64,000 nt of DNA from Armatimonadota bacterium (GCA_029553475.1 JAKPKV010000166.1:3520-67519), one strand, 5' to 3'. Numbered from the stretch's first letter, positions 38,445-48,182 are shown. Translations and numbers: made by a program. The notes: generated by a model not told the origin, from the sequence alone.

Positions 38445-38781
38445 CGCCGAATCCCCCCGGCAGGGGAGCTGTGCGCGCGGGCGCTGTCGCTCGCGCGCAC
38501 AACGTTGTCTGGCACGTCGCGCAACCGGCCGTGGGGCAGGCGATGGGCTGAGAAGTCCACAACGGGGCGTGTTTGCACGGATTTACACGCAAGCGGGCAT
38601 GCCGGGCGGGACAGTGGCGGGGAAGGTGCACATGCCCGGCATGCCGGGGGTGCGAGACTATGCATGAACGCCGGGGAGCCGCTCGCCCCTGATGCTGGGG
38701 TATGATACCGCTGCGGCAGCGTGAGGATGGCGCGGGCCTCCCGATGATTCGACCACCAAGGGGAAGAAGGAGGATCTCCCG

Positions 38782-40452
38782 ATGAGACAACGTGTCACAG
38801 TGTTGATGGCGGCCTGTGTACTGGCGATCAGTACGGCCGCCTTTGCCGCGCCGCAGCCGCTGACGCAGGCGGAGCTGGCGCAGGTGTCCGCGGGCGCGGG
38901 CATCCTCGACTGGTTCCTGGGCGCCGGCACGGGCAATCCGGCCAGCGGCTTAGCGAACTCGACCGGCACCGCGATCGCCGATGGTGAGCAGGCGGTGGCG
39001 GTGGATGGCGACGGCAGCGCCAATGCCGCCGCGGGCGCGCTGGCCGACCAGGCCGCACAGGCGGTGAATGGCAACACCAACACCACCGAGCAGAACCCGA
39101 CGGCGAGCGCGGTGTCGTCCACCGGCGGGTTGAGCGCGAATACCCAGGATGACGGCATGGCGCTGGCGGCGGCGGAGAGCTCGCTGGCGGCCTATTCCGA
39201 CAATCCGACTGACAGCGCGGTGGCCGCCGGGGTGGGGAATGACGCGCTGAACTTCGCCGACAACGGCGACGTGGCCAACGCCACCGACAGCGCGCTGGCG
39301 ATCGGCGACGCCACCGGCGCTGCGAATGCCTTCGGCGAGAACAGCCAGGCTTTCGACGGCAACGATGACGTGGCGGTGGCCAGCAACGGCGTGGCGATCG
39401 GGAATGCCGACGGCGCCGCGGCGAACATCGGTGACGGCAACGTCGCCATTGACGACCCGAATAACGTGGTGCTGGCGCAGGACCAGGGGCTGGCCGTGCA
39501 GAACGACGGGGAGCTCGCCTGGACGGCGAGCGGCATCGCGGTGGCGGATCCGGGCGACGTGGCCATCGCGACCGGCAGCGGCATTGCCGCCGAGGACAGC
39601 GCCTTCGCCGTGGCCTCCCAGAACGGCGTCGCCGCCAACGACAATGACGCCTCGGCGGTGGCCGCCGGTCAGGGCAACATCGCCATTGACGACCCGAGCG
39701 ACGCGGTGGTGAACACCGGCAGCGGCATCGCTGCCGGCGATAGCAGCCTGGCTGTCGCCACCGGCAGCGGCATCGCGCTGCAGGACAACGATGACGCCGC
39801 CAACGCGGTGGGCACCGGCAACACCGCCCTCAACGCCAGCGACAACTCGGACAGCACGATCGCGCTCGGCGGCAACGCCGCCACCGCCACCGGCAGCGCC
39901 CAGGCGGCGGCCGGCGACGACAACAAACAGCAGTATCAGGACGCCACCAATGCCATCGCGGCGATGGACAACGCCAGCGTGACAGTGGCGAAGAACGACA
40001 TTCGCGACAGCACCATCGAAGACGGTTCGGCGGCGGTGGTGGGCAACGGCAACCAGGTGAGCACCGTCTACGACGAGACCACCATCGCGCTGGAGACCGA
40101 CGGCGGCGATATCGAGGTGACCGGCGTCATCGCGAAGGAAGCGGTGATCACCGATTCGTTCAACACCAAAGAGGTGGAGATTGACGTCACGGTGACCATC
40201 AGCGACTCCTTCAACGTGACCACCAATGTCCTGGAGATCAGCGGGCAGAACGGCGTGTCCGCCATCGTGCTGGCCAACTCGCTCGGCGAGCAGTATATCG
40301 GCACGAACCTGAACGTGACCAGCGCCGCCAGCACGGTGCCGTCCGTGTCCGCGCCCGGCGTCCCGGCGGCCACCATCGGCACCGCGACGGCCATCACCAC
40401 GCTCAACCAGATCGTCATCAACGGCAGCACAGACATCACGGTTACCTTCTAA
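38782..40452 (+). CDS. Secreted acidic Asn/Asp/Ala/Gly repeat protein, putative fibre or amyloid-like subunit 2
   Basis: AAGGAGG RBS; Sec signal; same repeats; aligns end to end with subunit 1; terminal Phe. Confidence 0.75.
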   Translation: MRQRVTVLMAACVLAISTAAFAAPQPLTQAELAQVSAGAGILDWFLGAGTGNPASGLANSTGTAIADGEQAVAVDGDGSANAAAGALADQAAQAVNGNTNTTEQNPTASAVSSTGGLSANTQDDGMALAAAESSLAAYSDNPTDSAVAAGVGNDALNFADNGDVANATDSALAIGDATGAANAFGENSQAFDGNDDVAVASNGVAIGNADGAAANIGDGNVAIDDPNNVVLAQDQGLAVQNDGELAWTASGIAVADPGDVAIATGSGIAAEDSAFAVASQNGVAANDNDASAVAAGQGNIAIDDPSDAVVNTGSGIAAGDSSLAVATGSGIALQDNDDAANAVGTGNTALNASDNSDSTIALGGNAATATGSAQAAAGDDNKQQYQDATNAIAAMDNASVTVAKNDIRDSTIEDGSAAVVGNGNQVSTVYDETTIALETDGGDIEVTGVIAKEAVITDSFNTKEVEIDVTVTISDSFNVTTNVLEISGQNGVSAIVLANSLGEQYIGTNLNVTSAASTVPSVSAPGVPAATIGTATAITTLNQIVINGSTDITVTF

Positions 40453-40472
40453 GTCATCTGGTCGGACCATCC

Positions 40473-40499
40473 GGGGAGCCGGCGGGAGGCCGGCTCCCC
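40473..40499 (+). terminator. Intra-operon hairpin (mRNA stabiliser or partial terminator)
   Basis: GGGGAGCCGGC-gggag-GCCGGCTCCCC stem, no U-tract. Confidence 0.5.
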
Positions 40500-40522
40500 A
40501 CCGAGGAAGGAAGGAGGGAACG

Positions 40523-41059
40523 ATGGGCAGGAACGTGAGCCGTATCCTCGGCTGCGCGGGCATCGCGCTGATGATGAGCCTGATGGCGGTGGCCGGCCCT
40601 CGTCCGATGAGCGATGATCAGCTCGACGCGGTCTACGCCGCCGGGTTCGATGTCGAGATCAGGATGGATATGGATCTCGCGGCCAGCAACCCGGACGCGC
40701 TGGTGCTGCAGGGCGGCGACCCGGAGATGCTGGCGCAACTCTTCACCAGCGGCATCCCGCTGCTGCGGAGCGCCGGCACCGGGCGCAATACCGCGCTGAT
40801 AGATCCATCCGGCGCCTATATGCCCAATCTGCAAAATCTGACGGTGAACAACATCAACATCACCGGCGAGGCGCTGAAAGGGGCGACCACCCTGCTGAAC
40901 ATCTTCGCGTTGGATGGCGACGTGGCGGTGGGGCTGAACCTGAACGTGATCGTGAATCCAGTCGGCGGCACCTGGAACATCAATCAGACGAACATGAACT
41001 GGGCGAATCTGCTCGTTTCGGATGCGCTCAAGACACTGGGCGCGGGCGGCGCGTGGTAA
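40523..41059 (+). CDS. Secreted Asn-rich accessory subunit (FapE-like leader)
   Basis: AAGGAGG RBS; Sec signal; PMSDDQLDAVYAAG motif; NNINITG...GLNLNV motif shared with the two large subunits. Confidence 0.7.
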   Translation: MGRNVSRILGCAGIALMMSLMAVAGPRPMSDDQLDAVYAAGFDVEIRMDMDLAASNPDALVLQGGDPEMLAQLFTSGIPLLRSAGTGRNTALIDPSGAYMPNLQNLTVNNINITGEALKGATTLLNIFALDGDVAVGLNLNVIVNPVGGTWNINQTNMNWANLLVSDALKTLGAGGAW

Positions 41060-41077
41060 ACTGAACGGCGAAGCGAT

Positions 41078-41809
41078 GTGAGGACGTTCATGCGGCTGAC
41101 CGGTACCTGGACGATACTCCTGGGCCTGGCGCTCTGGGCCCTGGCGGGCGCCTCACCCGTGTGCGCGGGTGAGGCGCGCATTCCCGTCGGGCCGGCGGCG
41201 GCGCTGACGCTGTCCGTCGCGGTGGACAGCATCAAAGAGATGCGCGAGGCGGGCATCACCCTGCAGCAGCTCGATTACAGCTGCGGCTCGGCGGCGCTGG
41301 CCACGCTGTTCACCGCGTACCTGGGTCAGCCGTATACCGAGGCCGATATCATCAACTTCATCGTCAAATCCACGGATTTGCAGAAGGTGGCGGCGCGGCG
41401 GGGCTTCTCGCTGCTCGACCTGAAGCGCTTCGCGGAGGCGCACGGGGTGCAGGCGGAGGGGTATCAACTGGATACTCCCGGCCTGCTGGAGCTGAACTGC
41501 CCGGTGCTCGTGCCGCTGTATCGTCCGGACACGAAGATGCGGCACTTCGTCATCTTCCGCGGGGCGCTGGGCGACCGCGTCTTCCTCGCCGACCCGGCGG
41601 TGGGCCGGCAGACGATGTTCCGCGCGGAGTTCGAGCGCCTGTGGAATCCGCGCGTGGGCATGGTCTTCACCCACGCGGGCGCGCCGCCCACGGAGGAGAC
41701 GCTGCTCGGCGTGAAGCCGGGCGACGAGATCTACATCGGCGCGGAGGCGCTGCGCGCGCTGGTGATGCGCACCGCGCTGCAGTTTATCCATCAGGCGCAT
41801 GAATACTGA
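41078..41809 (+). CDS. Exported stand-alone C39 family cysteine peptidase (FapD-like)
   Basis: Signal peptide; QQLDYSCGSAALAT (Cys), GFSLLDLK, HFVIF (His), LADPA (Asp); no ABC transporter domain. Confidence 0.92.
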   Translation: MRTFMRLTGTWTILLGLALWALAGASPVCAGEARIPVGPAAALTLSVAVDSIKEMREAGITLQQLDYSCGSAALATLFTAYLGQPYTEADIINFIVKSTDLQKVAARRGFSLLDLKRFAEAHGVQAEGYQLDTPGLLELNCPVLVPLYRPDTKMRHFVIFRGALGDRVFLADPAVGRQTMFRAEFERLWNPRVGMVFTHAGAPPTEETLLGVKPGDEIYIGAEALRALVMRTALQFIHQAHEY

Positions 41810-41814
41810 TCGCC

Positions 41815-41925
41815 CACCTCTCTCCCCGACTCCCTCCCCTGGGAAGGGAGGGAGAGACATGGCGAAGGGCGGGGAGCACCTCTCCCCCCAACCCCCTCCC
41901 CTATGAAGGGAGGGGGAGACATGGC
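41815..41925 (+). repeat. Tandem pair of C/G-rich REP-like hairpins
   Basis: Two direct copies of CACCTCTCCCC..AC.CCCTCCCCT..GAAGGGAGGG..GAGACATGGCGA. Confidence 0.75.
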
Positions 41926-41945
41926 GACATAAAAAGGAGCGCGGC

Positions 41946-43037
41946 GTGCGAACCCATCTGCTCTACACCATCACCCTCGTGGTGGGACTGATGTGTCTTG
42001 GCATCCTCGCGCGGGCGCAGACGCCCGCGCTGCCGGCGGACATCCCCGCGGCGAGCGGCACGCCGGCCCTGCCGCCGGAGGGCGGCGACGGCGGCGCGAC
42101 GGACGACGGCGCCACCCCGCCGCCGACCGTCACCCCGCAGCTTCCCGCCAGCGCCACCCGCTCGGACCTGCTGGTGCGCCGGGGGGCCAAAGAGGTGGAG
42201 CTCCGGCTGGCCTACTCGCATTTCTCGAAAAACACCCTCTTCATTGACGGCGTGGCGATGCTGCCGGTGCTGGTCATCGGCGAGGTAGCGGTGGAATCGG
42301 TGCGGCGCGACGTGCTCATCGCTTCCGTCGCCGGGCGCTACGGCATCCGCGACAACCTGGAGGTGGAGGTGAAGGTGCCCTTCCGCTACCAGTACGAGAC
42401 GCGCGACGTGCCGCAGGCCGACCCGCCGCAGCAGATGTCGCTCTCCGCGCTCGGCCTCGGCGACATCGAGGGCGCCGCCTACGTGCACCTGGCGTCAAAA
42501 CGGCGGACCGGCGCGCGCTGGATCGCCAACGTCTCGGTGAAGTCCGCCACCGGCAAGGATATCTTCTCCATTGATCCCGATACCGACGTGCCGCTCGGCA
42601 CCGGTTTTTGGAGCACGCGCGTGGGCGTCACCGGCATCAACATCGCCGACCCCGGCGCCGTCTTCTGGAACGTCGGCTACACCTACAACTGGCTGCGCAC
42701 AGATATCCGCGTCGTCACCGAGGACGCACAGACCGGCGACCAGTTCGTCAGCTACGTGGACATCAAGCCCGGCAACACCTTTGACGTGGGCGCCGGCTAC
42801 GCCTACGCCATCAACCCGCGCATGTCGGTGAACACGGGGCTGTCCATCTCCTTCAATGGACCCACCCGCTCCAACGGCCGTGAGCTCGCCAACACCCGCC
42901 TCACCAGCGCCGCCCTGCGCCTGGGCGCCGTCTGGCTCACCGAGCGCAAATTCCCGGTGGACCTCGCCGTCAGCATCGGCCTCACCGACGACTCGCCGGA
43001 TTTCACGGTGGATTGGCGGCATAGCTATAAGTTCTGA
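41946..43037 (+). CDS. Outer-membrane beta-barrel transporter (FapF-like, MetA-pathway/phenol degradation barrel family)
   Basis: AAGGAG RBS; signal peptide; Pro-rich linker; RYGIRDNLEVEVKVP, GLGDIE, KSATGK, PLGTGFW, DPGAVF, IGLTDDSPDF; terminal YKF. Confidence 0.85.
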   Translation: MRTHLLYTITLVVGLMCLGILARAQTPALPADIPAASGTPALPPEGGDGGATDDGATPPPTVTPQLPASATRSDLLVRRGAKEVELRLAYSHFSKNTLFIDGVAMLPVLVIGEVAVESVRRDVLIASVAGRYGIRDNLEVEVKVPFRYQYETRDVPQADPPQQMSLSALGLGDIEGAAYVHLASKRRTGARWIANVSVKSATGKDIFSIDPDTDVPLGTGFWSTRVGVTGINIADPGAVFWNVGYTYNWLRTDIRVVTEDAQTGDQFVSYVDIKPGNTFDVGAGYAYAINPRMSVNTGLSISFNGPTRSNGRELANTRLTSAALRLGAVWLTERKFPVDLAVSIGLTDDSPDFTVDWRHSYKF

Positions 43038-43273
43038 GCGGGGGCGTGTCTGGCGATAAATCCGGGGAGGGGGGCCGCCGCCGTCCCGCCTGTGCCCTCG
43101 CGGGGTTGGGAACAGCGCCACTCCACTTCGTTGCGTGGCGCACTACCAACGAACGGGTGCAAGATCGGCGCCGTGCTTCCCCGCTGTCGCCGTTTCGCCC
43201 CGCGCCTTGCCAGCAGCGGCCTCTGGCGCGTATACTGGGGGCAACCCCGCGGCCTGCCGCAGTCGGTTCGCCC

Positions 43274-46200
43274 ATGTATCTCAAACGACTCGAACTCGCT
43301 GGCTTCAAGACCTTCGCCGAGCGCACGACGCTGGAATTCGGTCCCGGCATCACCGCCATCGTGGGGCCGAACGGCTCCGGCAAGAGCAACATCAGCGACG
43401 GGCTGCTCTGGGTGCTGGGCGAGCAGGGGCTGAAGGCGCTGCGCAGCGCGAAATCCACCGACATCATCTTCAACGGCTCCGAGGGCCGCAAGGCGCTGGG
43501 GCTGGCCGAAGTGCACCTGACGCTGGACAACGCCACCGGCTTCCTGCCGACCGAGTTCACCGAGGTCACCGTCACCCGCCGCGTCTTTCGCTCCGGCGAG
43601 TCGGAATATCTCATCAACCGCACCCCCGTGCGCCTGCGCGATGTCCAGGAGCTGTTCATGGACACCGGCATCGGCAAGCACTCGTACTCCATCATCAGCC
43701 AGGGCGAGGTGGACGCCGTGCTCTCCTCGCGCTCGGAGGACCGCCGGGCGCTCTTTGAGGAGGCGGCGGGCATCACCAAATACAAGCAGCGCAAGAAAGA
43801 GGCGCTGCGCAAGCTGGAGCAGACGCGCCAGAACCTGCTGCGCGTGAGCGATGTCATCAGCGAGCTGGAGGGGCAGATCGGGCCGCTGGCGGAGCAGGCG
43901 GAGGCGGCGCGCGCCTACCAGGTGCTGCACGCGGAACTGGTGGAACTGCAGCTCGCGCTGCTGGTGGCGCAGTATACCGGCCTGCAGAGCAGCCTGGGGC
44001 GCGCCCGCGAGCGCGAGACGGAGCTGACCACGGAGTTGGAGGGCCTGCGGCACGCGCTGGGGCAGATCGAAATCCGCGAGACGACGCTGCGCGCCGAATT
44101 GGCCGCGCTGGAAGACGAGCTGGAGGAACGGCGGGGGCTGGAGAACCGGCTGGCGAGCGCCGTGCAGGCGGTGGAGAGCCGCATCACCCTGCTGACACAG
44201 CAGGAGGAGCAGGCCCGCCGCGAGCGCGCGCGGCTGCAATCCGAGCGCGAGGGGTGGCTGGGCGAGGCGGAGCTGTTTGACGGCGAGATCGCCGCCGCCG
44301 ACGCGGAGTGCGCGCGGCTGCACGGCGTCATCGCCGGACTGGACGCGGAGCTGGCCGACGCCGACGCCGCGGTGAAGGACGCCGCCGCCGCCGTGGACGC
44401 GCTGGCGGCGGAGATTCAGGCCCGCCGCGGCGTCTATTTCGACGCCCTCGACGCCGCCGCCAGGATGCGCAACGAGCTGGCGCGGGTGGCCTCGCTGCTG
44501 CGCTCAGCCGAAGGGCGCGCGACGCGCATCGCCGACGAGCAGGCGGAGATCGCCCGCAAGCTGGCGGCGGCGGGGGCGGCGCGGGCGGCGGCGGCGGCGC
44601 GCGCCGATGAGCGCCGCGCCGCGCGCGAAAAACTGGTGGCCGCCCGCGCGGCCGCCGGCCGCGCCCGGCAGGGCGCGGCGGAGGCGCAGGCGGGGCGGCG
44701 CACGGAGGAGGCGCGCGCGCGCGAAGAGTTGGCCGGCCTGCGCGCCCGCCAGCAGACCCTGCGCGAGTTGGAAGAATCGCTGGAGGGCTATTTTCCCGGC
44801 GTGCGCGCGGTGGCCGCCGCCGTGCAGGCTGGGCGACTGACGGGCTGGTACGCGCCCGTCGCGGAGCTGCTGGACGTGCCCGCCGAGCTGGAAACCGCCA
44901 TCGAAGTGGCGCTGGGCGCCAACCTGCAGGATATCGTCACCGATACCGAGGAAGCGGCGCGGGCGGCGGTGGCGCTGCTGAAGAGCACGCGGGCGGGGCG
45001 CGCCACCTTCCTGCCGCTTGACCTTATCGCCCCCGCGCCCCGCGCGGACGTGCCCGCCCTGCCCGGCATCCTCGGGCTGGCGATGGATCTGATTCGCTAC
45101 GACGCCGAGTTTGAAAAGATTGCCCGACACCAGTTGGGCCGCGTGGTCATCGCCCGCGATTTGGACGCCGCGCTGGCGCTGGCAAAAGCGGGCACGGCGA
45201 AGGGCTGGAGCCGCATCGTCACGCTGGAGGGCGAGGTGGTGCATCCGTCGCGCGCCATCACCGGCGGCTCGTTGGGGAAATCCGGCGGGCTGTTGACGCG
45301 CAAGCGCGAGCTGCAGGAGCTGACCGACGGCGTGGCGCGGCTGGAGCGCGCGTGCGGCGCATTGCAGCGCAAGGCGCAGGACGCGGCGGCGGAGGTGGCG
45401 CGGCTGGACGCGGAGCTGAGCGCGCTGGCGAAAGCGTCAGAGGAGGCCGCCGCCGGCATGGCGGACGCGGAGCGCGCGCTGGCGACGGTGGGCCGCGACG
45501 TGGCGGCGCTGGACGAGCGGCGCGCGGCGCTGGCCGACGAGGCCGAATGGCTGGCGCGGGAGCGGGCGGAGGCGAAGACGGAAGAGACGCGGTTCCTCGC
45601 CGAGCTCGACGCGCTGGACGTGCGCTGCCGCGAGGCGGAGGCGGCGGTGGATGCGGCGGAGCGCGCGCTGGCCGGCGGCCAGCAGGATCGCGACGCCGTC
45701 ACCGAGCGCTACGCCGCGCTGCGCCTGCGCGTCACCGAGGAGCGCGGCACGCTGCAGGCCCGCCAGTCGGCGAAGCGCCGGGCGGCGGAGATGCGCGACA
45801 GCCTGGCCGAGCGGCTGGCGGCGAATGCGCGGGCGACGGCGGCGCAGGAGGGGGCGCTGGCGGAGCTGGCCGTCCAGCAGCGCGAGGCGTCCGCCGAACT
45901 GCTGCGCGGGCGGCAGGCGTATGCCAGCGGGTCAGCGGAGGTGGAGGCGGCGCGCAACCGCCGGGCGGCGCTGCTGGAGTCCATCGCCGCCAACCTGCAG
46001 GAGCACAAAGACGGCCGCGACGCGATTGAGGAGTGCCAGGGGCGGCTGCATCGCGCCAACCTGCGCACCACGCAGGTGGAGACGGAGCTCGGTTTTTTGC
46101 GTGGGCAGTTCTTCGAGGATTACCGCCTCACCGTAGACCAGGCGCTGGGGAAAGCCGCGCCGGTGGAGAGCCGCGGCGTCGCCGTCGCCCGCCTGCGCGA

Positions 46201-46834
46201 GCTGCAGGCGGCCATCGAGGAGATGGGGCAGGTGAACCTGGGCGCCATCGAGGAATACGCGCGCATCCAGCAGCGCCTCGGCTTCCTCACCGCCCAGCGC
46301 GCCGACCTGGAAGAAGGCCGCGAGCGGCTGGTGACGGTGATCGCCGAGATTGACGCCACCTGCACGGCGAAGTTTCTGGAGGCGTTCGCCGCCATCGCGC
46401 GGGAGTTCCAGGACCTGTTCGTGAAACTCTTCGGCGGCGGCCATACCGAGCTGTCGCTCACCGATCCGTCTGACGTGCTGGAGAGCGGCATCGAAATCCA
46501 CGTCACCATCCCCGGCAAGCGCAATCAGCATCTCCTGCAGCTCTCCGGCGGCGAGCGCGCGCTCACCGCACTGGCGCTGCTGTTCGCCATGCTGCGGGTG
46601 AAGCCCAGCCCCTTCGTGGTGCTCGACGAGATTGACGCCCCGCTGGACGAGGCGAACGTGGGGCGCTATTGCGACGTGCTGCGCGACTTCACCGCCGACA
46701 CCCAGTTCCTCATCATCACCCACAACAAGGGCACCATGGAAGCCGCCGACGTGCTCTACGGCGTCACCATGGAGAAGGCGGGGATTTCAAAAATCGTCAG
46801 CGTGCGGCTGGCGGAGGCGGGGGCGGCGGGGTAG
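43274..46834 (+). CDS. smc: Chromosome segregation protein SMC
   Basis: MYLKRLELAGFKTF, GPNGSGKSN Walker A, coiled coils, hinge GRATFLPL, LSGGE, LDEIDAPLD. Confidence 0.98.
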   Translation: MYLKRLELAGFKTFAERTTLEFGPGITAIVGPNGSGKSNISDGLLWVLGEQGLKALRSAKSTDIIFNGSEGRKALGLAEVHLTLDNATGFLPTEFTEVTVTRRVFRSGESEYLINRTPVRLRDVQELFMDTGIGKHSYSIISQGEVDAVLSSRSEDRRALFEEAAGITKYKQRKKEALRKLEQTRQNLLRVSDVISELEGQIGPLAEQAEAARAYQVLHAELVELQLALLVAQYTGLQSSLGRARERETELTTELEGLRHALGQIEIRETTLRAELAALEDELEERRGLENRLASAVQAVESRITLLTQQEEQARRERARLQSEREGWLGEAELFDGEIAAADAECARLHGVIAGLDAELADADAAVKDAAAAVDALAAEIQARRGVYFDALDAAARMRNELARVASLLRSAEGRATRIADEQAEIARKLAAAGAARAAAAARADERRAAREKLVAARAAAGRARQGAAEAQAGRRTEEARAREELAGLRARQQTLRELEESLEGYFPGVRAVAAAVQAGRLTGWYAPVAELLDVPAELETAIEVALGANLQDIVTDTEEAARAAVALLKSTRAGRATFLPLDLIAPAPRADVPALPGILGLAMDLIRYDAEFEKIARHQLGRVVIARDLDAALALAKAGTAKGWSRIVTLEGEVVHPSRAITGGSLGKSGGLLTRKRELQELTDGVARLERACGALQRKAQDAAAEVARLDAELSALAKASEEAAAGMADAERALATVGRDVAALDERRAALADEAEWLARERAEAKTEETRFLAELDALDVRCREAEAAVDAAERALAGGQQDRDAVTERYAALRLRVTEERGTLQARQSAKRRAAEMRDSLAERLAANARATAAQEGALAELAVQQREASAELLRGRQAYASGSAEVEAARNRRAALLESIAANLQEHKDGRDAIEECQGRLHRANLRTTQVETELGFLRGQFFEDYRLTVDQALGKAAPVESRGVAVARLRELQAAIEEMGQVNLGAIEEYARIQQRLGFLTAQRADLEEGRERLVTVIAEIDATCTAKFLEAFAAIAREFQDLFVKLFGGGHTELSLTDPSDVLESGIEIHVTIPGKRNQHLLQLSGGERALTALALLFAMLRVKPSPFVVLDEIDAPLDEANVGRYCDVLRDFTADTQFLIITHNKGTMEAADVLYGVTMEKAGISKIVSVRLAEAGAAG

Positions 46835-46854
46835 GGGAACCGACGGATCGTGAC

Positions 46855-46895
46855 ACGACGCGCGCCCCGGGCCGGCGGCCCGGGGCGCGCGTCGT
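46855..46895. terminator. Long hairpin between convergent smc and pilin-like gene
   Basis: ACGACGCGCGCCCCGGGCC-ggc-GGCCCGGGGCGCGCGTCGT perfect stem. Confidence 0.7.
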
Positions 46896-46914
46896 TGGTC
46901 AGCGCCGCGCCGCT

Positions 46915-48126
46915 CTACAGCAGGGAGAACTTGATGTTCTGAATGGTCACTTTGACGTTGCTGGAGTTGGAGAACACCGCGGCGGTCATCTTGTTCTGGG
47001 TCATGATGCCGCTGACATCTTTCGTGCCGGACCAGGTGTAGACGGTGCTGCCGCCGATGGGGCCGATGGCGCCGATATGGCTCTTGCCGCCGAGCAGCGT
47101 GTAGGTCCAGCGGAAGTAGGCGCTGGTCGGCGGGGCGCCGGTGACGTAGCCGGGGAGCTTGCTGGCGCCGACCACGCCGGAGGTGGCGGTGGGGGCGGAG
47201 AGGCCGGCTGTCTGCGCGCAGGTCACGAAGCTGACCGTAGCCAGGTAGCCGCCGGTGAAGACGCAGTTCGCGAAGGGCACCACGCCCTGCAGCCAGCTAT
47301 CGCTTGATTGCGTGACGGGCGTGGTGCCGGGATCAAACAGCGTGAAGCCGTAGGCCACGTAGTCATTGACGTAACGGGTTTCGTTCATCTCCAGCTCCAC
47401 GCGGATGTCCGGGACATTGCCCTCGGCATCTTTCAGCAGTTGGGAGGGGATGGTGATAAACGGGTCAACGCGGGCGGACATATTGGCGGCGGTCTGCTGT
47501 GCGCTGTAGGGGCCGGCCAAGGTGGAGACCAGCTCCACCACCGGGAAAAAGTCGTACCCGCGGTTTCCCAGCGCGACGAACTTGCTGCCGCTCACGTTGT
47601 TGAAGGACTCGTAGGCGACGTGGCCGTCCACGCAGGTGAGCACCAGGCCCTTGTTGTGGCGGGCATCGAGGTCAACGTCGTAGTCTTTCAGCGCGTAGTT
47701 CGGCGGCGGGTTGTCCTTGCTCAAGTCGGCGGTGAGCACGGCGGCGACGGGGTTCGGCACGTCGCCGAGCGCTTTGCCGAAAAGCTTGCCGTTGAAGCCA
47801 TACTCCGGGGCGGTGTTGCTGCCTTGGCCGGTCTTCGTCGGACAGTCGTAAATCGTGGGCTCGTTGTAGTCCTTCAGCAACGACGACCAGGCGTTGGTGC
47901 CGGTATCGCGGATGAAGGTTTCCGCGTGGTCCTGCACGTACATCGTCATGGCGATGGCGATCTGCCGCTGATTGTTCATGCAGGTGTTGGTGCGCGCCTT
48001 CTCCCGCGCCTTCGCGAAGACGGGGAAGAGGATCGCCGCTAGGATCGCGATGATGGCGATCACCACCAATAGCTCGATGAGAGTGAACCCCGTGCGAGGG
48101 GTCCCCCCACGTTGCGTGTGAAACAT
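46915..48126 (-). CDS. Prepilin-type N-methylation domain protein (DUF1559-like, H-X9-DG motif) with C-terminal extension
   Basis: [58 protein letters not shown]. Confidence 0.92.
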   Translation of the reverse strand: MFHTQRGGTPRTGFTLIELLVVIAIIAILAAILFPVFAKAREKARTNTCMNNQRQIAIAMTMYVQDHAETFIRDTGTNAWSSLLKDYNEPTIYDCPTKTGQGSNTAPEYGFNGKLFGKALGDVPNPVAAVLTADLSKDNPPPNYALKDYDVDLDARHNKGLVLTCVDGHVAYESFNNVSGSKFVALGNRGYDFFPVVELVSTLAGPYSAQQTAANMSARVDPFITIPSQLLKDAEGNVPDIRVELEMNETRYVNDYVAYGFTLFDPGTTPVTQSSDSWLQGVVPFANCVFTGGYLATVSFVTCAQTAGLSAPTATSGVVGASKLPGYVTGAPPTSAYFRWTYTLLGGKSHIGAIGPIGGSTVYTWSGTKDVSGIMTQNKMTAAVFSNSSNVKVTIQNIKFSLL

Positions 48127-48182
48127 ACCTCTACACTCCTTTCGACGAATGCAGTCGCGTTGTCAACGCGAAAAAGTCCAAG

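Noticed and set aside
48156..48170. TTGACA within the palindrome CGCGTTGTCAACGCG as the pilin promoter
   Set aside because: No -10 box at proper spacing; it would fall on the RBS
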